This document shows, one piece after another, positions 10,097 through 18,416 of a stretch of 64,000 nucleotides of DNA. The translations under genes and the position numbers were made by a program. The first letter of the stretch is position 1. Each line of letters starts with the position of its first letter. Source of the stretch: Candidatus Parcubacteria bacterium (GTDB lineage: Bacteria; Patescibacteriota; Patescibacteriia; CAIXNZ01); NCBI GenBank assembly GCA_026395685.1, contig JAPLYG010000005.1, positions 4,126 to 68,125 of the forward strand, read 5' to 3'. The notes below the pieces were generated by a model. That model saw only the letters and a list, made by a program, of their open reading frames with translations, made no database searches and was not told where the DNA came from.

Positions 10097-10627
10097 TTGT
10101 TATATTTAAAGCATATGAATGCTTATACCAAACTCGCTAAAGAGACAATAAATTATTATCTTAATACCGGCAAAATTATGGGGTTGCCAAATGATCTGCC
10201 CCCAGAAATGCTTGTAAACAAGGCTGGCGTTTTTGTATCTTTACATTGCTTAGGGAGTTTAAGAGGTTGTATAGGAACCATTGAAGCAACAACAGACAAT
10301 ATTGCTCTGGAAATTCAACAAAATGCTTTGTCAGCTGCCTTGGAAGACCCGCGCTTTGAGCCGTTAACCAAAGATAACTTGGAAAATTTAGTAATTTCAG
10401 TTGATGTCTTGAACCCAGCGCAATTAATTAAAAGCCGCAAAGAATTAAATACAAAACAGTACGGCATCATTGTTGAGACTGATAATAATAGAGGCTTATT
10501 ATTGCCGGATATTGAAGGAGTTGATTCAGTTGAACAGCAAATTGAGATTGCCTGTCAGAAAGCCGGTATTGACCCGTTAGTTGATAAATTTAAAATATAT
10601 AAATTTACCGTAACTCGGCATGAATAA
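10097..10627 (+). CDS. AMMECR1 domain protein (AmmeMemoRadiSam system protein A)
   Basis: GVFVSLH...LRGCIGTIEA...EDPRFEPL: AMMECR1 signature. Stop overlaps priA start (ATGAATAA). Confidence 0.75.
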   Translation: MLYLKHMNAYTKLAKETINYYLNTGKIMGLPNDLPPEMLVNKAGVFVSLHCLGSLRGCIGTIEATTDNIALEIQQNALSAALEDPRFEPLTKDNLENLVISVDVLNPAQLIKSRKELNTKQYGIIVETDNNRGLLLPDIEGVDSVEQQIEIACQKAGIDPLVDKFKIYKFTVTRHE

Positions 10628-12503
10628 AACAGCTCAAATAGTACCGGCCTTGCGCCTTAAGCGCAACTTGCACTATTTTGACTATAGCGTACCAACGGAA
10701 CTTCAGCAACAAGTCAAAATAGGACAAATTGTGGAGATACCCTTTAGAAATAAAAATATTAAAGGGCTTATTTTAAATTTGGCGGATAAAAATTTAACCA
10801 GCGACTATGAATTAAAGCCGATAAACAAAATAATTGAAGCAATCAGTCCTTTTGCAACTTGGCAAATCAAATTACTGCAATATTTAGCGGAATATAATTT
10901 TGTTTCCTTAGGAGCAGCTTTATATATTTTCTTGCCAGATATTCCCTTGAAAAAGTCCAGCAGGATAAAAGATTCGAAAATTAATTTTCTTGAATATCCT
11001 AAGCTAAAAATTGATCTTAATTCCCTATTAGCTGGCGCGAAAGCAGCATTAATCAAGTATTATAATCAGGAAACGAAAATAAGTACCTATGTTCAATTAA
11101 TTGACGCATACATTAAACAAGATAAACAAGTTTTGATTATCTGTCCCAAATTAATTCAGGTTAAACAAATTTTTCAGTATTTAGGAAAATATCAAGATTC
11201 TACATCCTTATTTTTAAATGATTTGGCGAAAAACAGTTTTTGGCAAGAATGGCAAGCGATAAAGAACAATGAAAAAAAAATAATAATCGGTACTCGCAGC
11301 GCTATTTTTGCGCCGGTTGATAATTTGGGACTGATAATTATTGATGAAGAAGACGATGAAAACCATAAACAGGAAGAGCCCAATCCCCGCTATAATGCCA
11401 AAAATATTGCCTTAAAATTGCAGGAACTAACAGGCGCTAAGCTGTTTTTTTGTTCTCAAACGCCGTCTTTGAATTCTTTATATAAAGTCACGCAAAAAGA
11501 GTGGGATTATTTTGAGATTGACAAGACAGCTAAGTCCCAAACGATAAAAATTATTGACTTACAGGATGAATTCAAAAAAGGCAATTATAATATTTTATCG
11601 GAATTTTTACAGGGGAAAATAAGCCTGGCTTTGCAAGAAAAGAAACAAATATTTCTATTTTTAAACCGTAAAGGATTAGCAAATGTTATTAAATGCAAAG
11701 ATTGCGGGGCAGTTGCTCAATGCCCTGTCTGCAAGCTTCCTTTGGCTGTGCATGAAGATAAAAAACTTCATTGTCATCATTGCAAAAAGCTTTTTGATAA
11801 TATCTTAACCTGCACTAAATGCCGAGGCAGTGAATTAAAATATTCCGGCTATGGTTTGGATAAAATCGCGGCTGAGATAAAAAGTCAATTTCCTCTGGCA
11901 AAACAGATTAAAATAGATAAAGATTCAGAAATAAAGGCAGGTTTGGATAATTATGATATAATCATCGGTACTCAGTATTGTTTAGATCTTTTAAACTGGC
12001 AAAAAATAGGCTTAATCGGGGCGATAAATTCCGATGTTCAATTATTATCGCCGGATTATAAGGCCAATGAAAAGTCATTCAATTTATTATCCAAGTTAAT
12101 TATTAATAATCCCGGCAAAGATATTGTCATCCAGACTTTTTCACCGGCAAGGCTTGATATCGTAAAAAATCTTGATACTAAAAAGTTTTTTCAGGAGGAA
12201 ATTCGTGATCGTAAATTACTGCAATATCCCCCATTTTCCCAACTCATTAAGCTGATATATCAGAGCGTGGAATTCAATTTTGGACAAAATGAAGTTGAGA
12301 ATTTGCATCGTAAGTTAAAAAAAGCTTTAAATAATCAGGATTGCATAATTAATTCTCCTGCTCTAATCTATACTCAGCAATTACGCGGCAGATATCGCTG
12401 GCAGATTATTATTAAAGTAATTAATTCAAAAGCTGATTTGGAATTCTTAAAGTCTTTACCTGATGAGGTCATTATTGATATTGATCCGGAAAGCTTACTG
12501 TAA
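10620..12503 (+). CDS. priA: Primosomal protein N' (PriA) homologue with degenerate Walker A
   Basis: N-terminal 3'-DNA-binding region (YFDYSVP...GQIVEIPFRNKNIKGLI). IIIDEEDDENHKQE...PRYNAKNIA (motif II region). Cys-rich Zn region CKDCG..CPVC...CHHC...CTKC. No GxxGxGKT P-loop where expected (KISTYVQLIDAYI). Confidence 0.7.
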   Translation: MNKTAQIVPALRLKRNLHYFDYSVPTELQQQVKIGQIVEIPFRNKNIKGLILNLADKNLTSDYELKPINKIIEAISPFATWQIKLLQYLAEYNFVSLGAALYIFLPDIPLKKSSRIKDSKINFLEYPKLKIDLNSLLAGAKAALIKYYNQETKISTYVQLIDAYIKQDKQVLIICPKLIQVKQIFQYLGKYQDSTSLFLNDLAKNSFWQEWQAIKNNEKKIIIGTRSAIFAPVDNLGLIIIDEEDDENHKQEEPNPRYNAKNIALKLQELTGAKLFFCSQTPSLNSLYKVTQKEWDYFEIDKTAKSQTIKIIDLQDEFKKGNYNILSEFLQGKISLALQEKKQIFLFLNRKGLANVIKCKDCGAVAQCPVCKLPLAVHEDKKLHCHHCKKLFDNILTCTKCRGSELKYSGYGLDKIAAEIKSQFPLAKQIKIDKDSEIKAGLDNYDIIIGTQYCLDLLNWQKIGLIGAINSDVQLLSPDYKANEKSFNLLSKLIINNPGKDIVIQTFSPARLDIVKNLDTKKFFQEEIRDRKLLQYPPFSQLIKLIYQSVEFNFGQNEVENLHRKLKKALNNQDCIINSPALIYTQQLRGRYRWQIIIKVINSKADLEFLKSLPDEVIIDIDPESLL

Positions 12504-12504
12504 A

Positions 12505-12540
12505 AAAAAGCCCATCGATTTTATTCGACGGGCAGACAAA
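12505..12540. terminator. Bidirectional terminator between priA and NYN gene
   Basis: aaaaaaaagcccatcgattttattcgacgggc...ttttt. Confidence 0.4.
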
Positions 12541-12543
12541 TTT

Positions 12544-13101
12544 TTAGAATTTGAGAAAAGAAAATTTTTCAGCATCAAAAAGATATATATCAGCTTCCAT
12601 TGCTCGCAATTCATAGGCGATGTTATTGCTAGTTGCCCAGATTTCAACGGTTTTTCCCGCTTCCAGGCAGACTTTTAATACAAATTCGTAGTCTGAATCA
12701 CCGGAAACCAATATCAGATGATCAAAATTGTTTTCCTTTAGCTGACACATAATCTCGATTGTAATTGCCTGATCAGTACGGCTTTTATAAGCCTTTTGGT
12801 TCTGCGGTCCATAACGTTTTAATGGGACATCTACTATTTCAAAACCAAAATCTTCTAAAACATGGTAAAAGCCATTCCTCGTTCCTCTTACCGGTAGAAT
12901 ATCGTGAAAAACCAGTTTTGACACAATTTTTCGGTTTTGTTTTACGTGAAGAACGTGTTTTAAGAACTTATTAAAGTTAATATTTTTCCCCAAAAGAGTG
13001 GTCATCCCCAAAAGGTTTGGGCCGTCAATAATAATAGCGACTTTAATCACTTTAGTTACCCCCTTGATCTTTTGAGCTTTTTGTGATATTATAAAGAACA
13101 A
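12544..13101 (-). CDS. NYN-domain (LabA/PIN-like) protein
   Basis: VAIIIDGPNLLG...ILVSGDSDYEFVLKVCLEAGKTVEIW matches NYN/LabA core. Confidence 0.7.
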   Translation of the reverse strand: MFFIISQKAQKIKGVTKVIKVAIIIDGPNLLGMTTLLGKNINFNKFLKHVLHVKQNRKIVSKLVFHDILPVRGTRNGFYHVLEDFGFEIVDVPLKRYGPQNQKAYKSRTDQAITIEIMCQLKENNFDHLILVSGDSDYEFVLKVCLEAGKTVEIWATSNNIAYELRAMEADIYLFDAEKFSFLKF

Positions 13102-13129
13102 TATTTAATTATAACTACTTCCACAAAAT

Positions 13130-13564
13130 ATGTCAATTTTACCAATAATTAAAGAGCCAGCATCCTCTTTAAGACAAGAATCTCAGCCTATTTTAGCCGT
13201 TACCCCGGATATCAAACGGTTAATTTTAGATATGGGGCAAACAATGAAATCTGCCAAAGGCGTAGGCTTGGCAGCGCCTCAAATCGGTCAAAATATAAGG
13301 TTATGTATTATTAGCACTGAAAAAGGCCCTTTAGTTCTGATTAACCCAAAAATAACCTGGAAATCATTGCGCAAAGATGTAGAAGAAGAAGGCTGCCTTT
13401 CCTGCCCCAATGCTTATATAAAAGTAAAAAGATCTAAGCTAATTCATGTTAAAGCTTTAAATGAAAAGGGACAAATTTTTAGCTTCAAAGCGACTGGCTA
13501 TTTTGCCAGGGTAATACAGCATGAAGTCGACCATTTGAACGGAATATTGATTATTGATAAATAA
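13130..13564 (+). CDS. def: Peptide deformylase
   Basis: GVGLAAPQIG, EGCLS, HEVDHLNG motifs. Confidence 0.9.
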   Translation: MSILPIIKEPASSLRQESQPILAVTPDIKRLILDMGQTMKSAKGVGLAAPQIGQNIRLCIISTEKGPLVLINPKITWKSLRKDVEEEGCLSCPNAYIKVKRSKLIHVKALNEKGQIFSFKATGYFARVIQHEVDHLNGILIIDK

Positions 13565-13702
13565 AATAGTTATTGGGTAATGGTTTGCAGCGGCCAGTTT
13601 AGTCTGTGGTCATAAGTCACTGGTTTAAATAAAGACTTTAGACCAAAGACTTAAAACCAAAACGGCAGCCAAAGACTATTTCCCAAAGACTAAATTAATA
13701 GT

Positions 13703-14653
13703 ATGAAGAATATTATACGAAATATCAAAGTAATCTTTATGGGTACGCCGGACTTTAGTGTACCTGCTTTAGATGCAATAATTAATAATTTTAAATTACT
13801 TGCCGTCGTTACCCAGCCTGATAAAAAAGTCGGCCGCAAGCAGGTTATTACCCCTTCCCCTGTTAAAAAGTTTGTTTTAGATAAAGGCTATGAAATTTTA
13901 CAGCCTGCCAGTCTCAAAGGTAATATTGAATTAATCAGCCGGATAAAGGAATTACAACCAGATTTAATAGTCGTGGTCGCTTACGGCTTTATTCTGCCTC
14001 CAGAACTTATCGCCATCCCCAAATATGGCGTAATCAATATTCATGCCTCTTTATTACCTAAATATCGCGGTGCTTCACCTATCCAATCAGCAATTTTAAA
14101 TGGAGATAAGCAAACCGGAATCAGCGTGATGCTGATTGATGATAAAATGGACCATGGAGCATTGCTGGCGCAAAAAACAATAACTATAACCGATTATGAT
14201 AACTTTGAATCTTTACATAATAAGTTATCCCAATTAGGCGCAGATTTACTTTTAGACACTGTGCCAAAATTTTACAGCGAACAAATTAAGCCGGTTCCCC
14301 AAGATGAATCAAAGGCAACTTATTGCAAATTGATCACTAAAGAAGACGGCAAGATTGACTGGAATAAATTTGCTGAAGAGATTGATCGACAAATTCGAGC
14401 ATTTACTCCCTGGCCGGGAACCTGGACTGAATGGAAGGGAAAGAGTCTTAAAGTTATAAAGTCAAAAGTCATAAAGTCTGAAGTTGGAAGTCATAAAGTC
14501 GGTGAGGTTTTTAAAGTAAATGACGGAATTGCTATTGCTTGCGGTAAGGATGCTTTGGAAATATTGGAATTACAGCTGGAAGGCAAAAAGCCAATGACAG
14601 CCAAGGAGTTTTCGAATGGATATGGTGATCTCATAGGCGCAATTTTAAAATAA
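13703..14653 (+). CDS. fmt: Methionyl-tRNA formyltransferase
   Basis: IFMGTPDFSVP, HASLLPKYRGASPIQ. C-terminal Fmt domain. Start may be the internal M at ~13739. Confidence 0.9.
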   Translation: MKNIIRNIKVIFMGTPDFSVPALDAIINNFKLLAVVTQPDKKVGRKQVITPSPVKKFVLDKGYEILQPASLKGNIELISRIKELQPDLIVVVAYGFILPPELIAIPKYGVINIHASLLPKYRGASPIQSAILNGDKQTGISVMLIDDKMDHGALLAQKTITITDYDNFESLHNKLSQLGADLLLDTVPKFYSEQIKPVPQDESKATYCKLITKEDGKIDWNKFAEEIDRQIRAFTPWPGTWTEWKGKSLKVIKSKVIKSEVGSHKVGEVFKVNDGIAIACGKDALEILELQLEGKKPMTAKEFSNGYGDLIGAILK

Positions 14654-14726
14654 TTAAGAATATAGCTCTTTGTCTGCGAAGTCGCAGATTCTTCGTTTCT
14701 CTCAGTATGACAAAGAGGTTTTCAAT

Positions 14727-14760
14727 CAAAAAAAGTCGCTCCAGGTGGAGCGATTTTTTG
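14727..14760. terminator. Bidirectional intrinsic terminator (fmt / minus-strand small gene)
   Basis: aaaaaagtcgctccaggtggagcgatttttt. Confidence 0.55.
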
Positions 14761-14765
14761 TTTGA

Positions 14766-15065
14766 TCAATATCTGTAAAGAATATTGCAATTATGGCACA
14801 AGTATACTTGTTTGATGCCTTCAGGAAATTCTATCCAAACAAGATCTTTAACATATGGTACCGTTTGACAGATCGGGCACCAGGCACTCGTTGGTGCTTT
14901 AATAATAAGGGGCAATGAAGCAAAGCTTCTCTTGGTTTTTACTCTGGTTATTTTTGGAGATAAAGATCCTCGAGTTGCTCCCTGAAGGTTAATTGACTCC
15001 ATTTTTCTTTTTTTAGCTTTTTCCCTGCGTCTATGTATGCGCATCCCTTTACTGAATTTTTTCAT
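14766..15065 (-). CDS. Small basic zinc-ribbon protein (hypothetical)
   Basis: Strong RBS AAAGGAGGAGG before ATG (MKKFSKGMRIHRRREKAKKRK...). CPICQ...CHNC. Start trimmed from the ORF-track start. Confidence 0.4.
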   Translation of the reverse strand: MKKFSKGMRIHRRREKAKKRKMESINLQGATRGSLSPKITRVKTKRSFASLPLIIKAPTSAWCPICQTVPYVKDLVWIEFPEGIKQVYLCHNCNILYRY

Positions 15066-15082
15066 TTCCTCCTCCTTTTGAA

Positions 15083-15319
15083 TTAATTGATAACTAACCG
15101 ATAGATTGTCCAACAGATTTTGCATTCTAACATTTTTATTGGACCTTGTTTGGTTTCAATTGTAACCTGTTTGCCCTCGACATAGTTAGCCCTGCATTTA
15201 GGGCATTTTTTAGATTCAGATTCAGGATACTCTGTTTTGTCGGGCATAATTGATCGCTCAATCTTTAAGGTGTGTAATATTTTAAATTTACTCTTTTTCC
15301 GTTTCTTATTTTTACCCAT
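15083..15319 (-). CDS. Small basic zinc-ribbon protein (hypothetical)
   Basis: RBS AGAAGGAGGG. MGKNKKRKKSKFK... CPKC...CKIC. Confidence 0.4.
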   Translation of the reverse strand: MGKNKKRKKSKFKILHTLKIERSIMPDKTEYPESESKKCPKCRANYVEGKQVTIETKQGPIKMLECKICWTIYRLVIN

Positions 15320-15332
15320 TTATCCCTCCTTC

Positions 15333-15366
15333 TAAAAAAAATTTGGGAGGAGACCGGGGTCTCCCT
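15333..15366 (-). terminator. Intrinsic terminator (minus strand) downstream of dinB / upstream of small Zn-ribbon gene
   Basis: ggagaccggggtctcc stem, followed on minus strand by an 8-T run. Confidence 0.45.
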
Positions 15367-15379
15367 TTCGGTGTTACTC

Positions 15380-15572
15380 GGCCCCCTCGATGGTACTGGT
15401 TTAAAAATAATAGATATTGTGATTATTGTCAATATGTAATGGAAAATATTCAATCATCAATAATCAATAACCAAACAAATCCCAATAACAAATTACTAAT
15501 ATCTAAATTTGTTTATTATTGGAAATTAGAAATTAGGTATTGTTTGATGATTGTGTTATTGATTATTGGTTA
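15380..15572. repeat. AT-rich intergenic region with multiple degenerate TTGATTATTG-type direct repeats; contains ~60-bp element also present at 62495-62558
   Basis: tgattattgtcaat, atcatcaataatcaataacc, tgatgattgtgttattgattattggttatt. See finding. Confidence 0.5.
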
Positions 15573-16832
15573 TTAAAAAAAATCCGAATCATCATAAGTG
15601 ATATTAGACGCCTTTTCATTCACATTAACGGATTTTCTAAAACCTACCCTATCAGGCGCATTGTCCTTGGTGTCCCACATAGTGCCAGAACAAATTGTGT
15701 ATTCACCGAATTTATCATTAATTTTATCCATGGCTAAAGTAAGATTCTTTTGTTTAGGTGAATAAAATAAGTTGAGCTGGCCGGAAAAGCGTTGCAATCT
15801 AGTAACTGAAACTGCCAGCATGTAGACTTTGCCGGCAGGCCAATTGGGTTGAATTAGACCGTAAGCTGCTTTAAAAATATCTTGGGTGGTAAACAGCGGG
15901 TCTGCTGTCTTATGACTTTGCCAAAAACCGCCACCGTATTTCAAGGAATAACCAGCGACAATACCCCGCGCTTCCAGCTGGCTTTCCCGCAATCTGCGGC
16001 CGGTTTTTTCGCACAATTTCATTAAAATAGCAGATAGATATTTGGGGTCATTTGTTTGTTTGGGAATACAGTAGGAATGGCCAATGGACTTGGGCAAGAT
16101 CTCTTCCTGAGTTCTGACGCCTTCTATTTCAATGCCATTGGCATTGGCCCAGAGGTAGTAGCCTGGCTTGCCAAAGGATTGCATCAGATTGGCCACAGGA
16201 TGACGCTTTAGGTCATTTAGGGTAAATATGCCTAAACGGTTTAAATGGCGCTCTGTGGCCTGTTTAATGCCCCAGGCTTCAATTATTTTGACCTGTTTAA
16301 AGGTTTCTTCCATCTTGGGGATGGAGTCAATAATCAAGTAGCTGTCTTTGGGGCAAATGTCAGAGGCGAACTTGGCCAGAAAGCGGGTCCAAGACAAACC
16401 GCAGGAAGATGTCAGCCATTCCCCCACTTCGGCTTTAACCCGCTGTTTAATTTCCCGAATTATTTTTTCGCCTTCTTGCCAGGTTTTGATATAGCCGGTT
16501 AAATCCAAAAAAGCTTCGTCAATGCTATAAGGTTCAATGCGGTCAGTATAGTCGCTGAAAATGCTAAAAATTCGTTCAGTAGTTGATCGGTATTTGGCCG
16601 GTTCATTTTCAATTAAAACCACATCCGGGCATAATTTTTTGGCGTCTTTAACCAGACACCCAGTTTTTATGCCCAGTTTTTTCGCCTCCTTGGATGAGGC
16701 AATAATACAGCCGTTAGGCGACATGTACGCAACCACGCCTACTGCTTTATTGCGTAAAAAAGGATTGGCCTGCTGTTCTACAGAGGCAAAGTAGGAGTTC
16801 ATATCGATGTGTAAAATATAGGTATTAGGCAT
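15573..16832 (-). CDS. dinB: DNA polymerase IV (Y-family translesion polymerase)
   Basis: MPNTYILHIDMNSYFASVEQ (DinB start motif). Start moved to this ATG, since the ORF-track N-terminal extension lacks homology. Confidence 0.85.
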   Translation of the reverse strand: MPNTYILHIDMNSYFASVEQQANPFLRNKAVGVVAYMSPNGCIIASSKEAKKLGIKTGCLVKDAKKLCPDVVLIENEPAKYRSTTERIFSIFSDYTDRIEPYSIDEAFLDLTGYIKTWQEGEKIIREIKQRVKAEVGEWLTSSCGLSWTRFLAKFASDICPKDSYLIIDSIPKMEETFKQVKIIEAWGIKQATERHLNRLGIFTLNDLKRHPVANLMQSFGKPGYYLWANANGIEIEGVRTQEEILPKSIGHSYCIPKQTNDPKYLSAILMKLCEKTGRRLRESQLEARGIVAGYSLKYGGGFWQSHKTADPLFTTQDIFKAAYGLIQPNWPAGKVYMLAVSVTRLQRFSGQLNLFYSPKQKNLTLAMDKINDKFGEYTICSGTMWDTKDNAPDRVGFRKSVNVNEKASNITYDDSDFF

Positions 16833-16896
16833 TGGGTAGTGGGTAATAGGATTTAGAAGTAGAAAAGGAAGAAGAAGATTAGAGGACTGGGGTTTC

Positions 16897-16986
16897 GGGC
16901 GAAAACGGCTGTCGCGGACTGACACACTTCAGTGTGTTAAAAATAACAGGCTAAAGCCTGTCAGTCCGAATTGGCCGTTTTCGCCC
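16897..16986. repeat. 90-bp nested palindromic element upstream of dinB
   Basis: Outer 13-bp IR gggcgaaaacggc/gccgttttcgccc. Inner 9-bp IR ggactgaca/tgtcagtcc. Two internal hairpins cacacttcagtgtg and acaggctaaagcctgt. Confidence 0.6.
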
Positions 16987-17071
16987 TTGATTTTTTACAT
17001 CTAAAAATATAAGATGGATTTAGATATATTCAAGGTCATTTTCAAGTTTTCTCATAACCAAGGAGGAAGGC

Positions 17072-17440
17072 ATGACTGGAATCAGAGTGGTTTCCAAGGA
17101 TCCCAAAAGTGGTTGGCATTTCGGGATGGTCAAAAGCAGGAGTGGCGATTCTTTGATGATCATTGACTTGGATCATTCCACCGAAAATGGGCAAGTCCTT
17201 AAAAGAGCGAAAATTCAGGAGGTCAGAGAGGTCAAAAAGATTCCTCTTTTCAGTTTAGTTGTACCCCATGGAAGAACCATAAAAGAGTGGACCATTGGCC
17301 GGGTGATTGGCATGTCTAATTTGGATTTATCCATCGGCCCTGTACTTCACATCAGGGACATTATTACCGGTGAAGATGTCAGGGAATTGCCTCACTTAGT
17401 TGATAGGTTGGTTCGAGATCCCAGGAATCAACTTGTCTGA
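17072..17440 (+). CDS. Hypothetical protein
   Basis: RBS aaggagga. 122 aa. No recognisable motif. Confidence 0.4.
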   Translation: MTGIRVVSKDPKSGWHFGMVKSRSGDSLMIIDLDHSTENGQVLKRAKIQEVREVKKIPLFSLVVPHGRTIKEWTIGRVIGMSNLDLSIGPVLHIRDIITGEDVRELPHLVDRLVRDPRNQLV

Positions 17441-17480
17441 AAAGGCATTCAAGCTCCGTTGCTTTAAGCGCGGGGCTTTT

Positions 17481-17726
17481 TTATTCATGATAAATTTCTT
17501 CAATTCTCCACCTCAAATTATTAGTTTCAAATACCAGCTTGAAATAATTAGACTGGCTAGTGACGGAAAAGTAAACCAGCTTACCGTCCCCTGTTCTTTT
17601 TTCATAAACCAGGTTAACTTTTTCCACCACCCATTTTTTCCCGGCGTACTTAAAAACAACAGGTTCAGCGCCCTGCTTGGTGAATTTGGTGATGACTTCG
17701 ATTTGTTGGTTTAATTTGGTTAGCAT
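17481..17726 (-). CDS. Hypothetical small protein
   Basis: 81 aa. Long structured 5'-UTR predicted from upstream promoter. Confidence 0.35.
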   Translation of the reverse strand: MLTKLNQQIEVITKFTKQGAEPVVFKYAGKKWVVEKVNLVYEKRTGDGKLVYFSVTSQSNYFKLVFETNNLRWRIEEIYHE

Positions 17727-17852
17727 AGGAAAAGCTTAACCACAGATTTTATTCACCTGCCTACGCCCTATGGGGCTTCGGCAGGCAGGCATTTAACACT
17801 GATTTCCCCAATCCGTGTAATTAGTGAGTATAGATCAGTGGTTCCGTTATCA

Positions 17853-17881
17853 AGTATACCCCGAACAGAAACCGAATACAA
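17853..17881 (-). promoter_or_regulatory. sigma70-like promoter TTGTAT-17-TATACT (minus strand)
   Basis: Minus-strand cttgtattcggtttctgttcggggtatact. Would give ~115-nt leader with hairpin CCUGCC...GCCC-UAUG-GGGC...GGCAGG. Confidence 0.35.
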
Positions 17882-17905
17882 GAAAATAGTGAAACACCCC
17901 TGAAA

Positions 17906-17938
17906 TTCGTATATTCGTAAGAGATTCGTACTTTCGTA
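17906..17938. promoter_or_regulatory. Array of four TTCGTA/TACGAA direct repeats (8-11 bp periodicity)
   Basis: aaattcgtatattcgtaagagattcgtactttcgtagg. Shares TTCGTACTTTCGTA with the 56907-56939 array. Confidence 0.5.
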
Positions 17939-17996
17939 GGAAAAACAAAAACACCCCCCTTGCGAGGAGTGTCTTTGGTATCTTAATCAGTTGAGA

Positions 17997-18194
17997 TTAA
18001 AATCTATTTCTGGTGAAAGATTTTTTTCTGTTTCTATTGCAATCACGGCAATAAACAGGTCGATCGCCAGCTGGTTGAAATGGCAATTGAGTGATCGGAG
18101 CGCCACATTCAGCGCATTTCAAGTTCAATGCAGTAACATCGAACATTGGTCTTTGTCCGCCACCATTGTCATTTTGATAATTCGAATAAGCCAT
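17997..18194 (-). CDS. Small zinc-ribbon protein (zf-trcl-like CxxCG..P..C..C)
   Basis: KCAECGAPITQLPFQPAGDRPVYCRDCNRNRKK. 65 aa. Confidence 0.4.
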   Translation of the reverse strand: MAYSNYQNDNGGGQRPMFDVTALNLKCAECGAPITQLPFQPAGDRPVYCRDCNRNRKKSFTRNRF

Positions 18195-18416
18195 AGTTGT
18201 CTTTGTGACAAGGTTTTACCCTTCTAATTTTAATTAATTTGGTTTTTGCCTTGTCGACTTAGGCTGGTTTAATTGCCTAACAAGGACTTAACTTTGACTT
18301 ATTGAATATTTCGCTAAGTTTTGAGTTAAAGTAACCATTTATTGCATTATACAGCATTTGCCTATCTTTGTCAATACAGCTTGCTTAAAGAGTTAAATTT
18401 TGCCAAAATATAAAAT

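Noticed and set aside
15343-15737. Plus-strand ORFs 15343-15576 and 15540-15737
   Set aside because: They lie over a terminator hairpin and an AT-rich repeat tract, and antisense to the dinB 3' end. No RBS is present.
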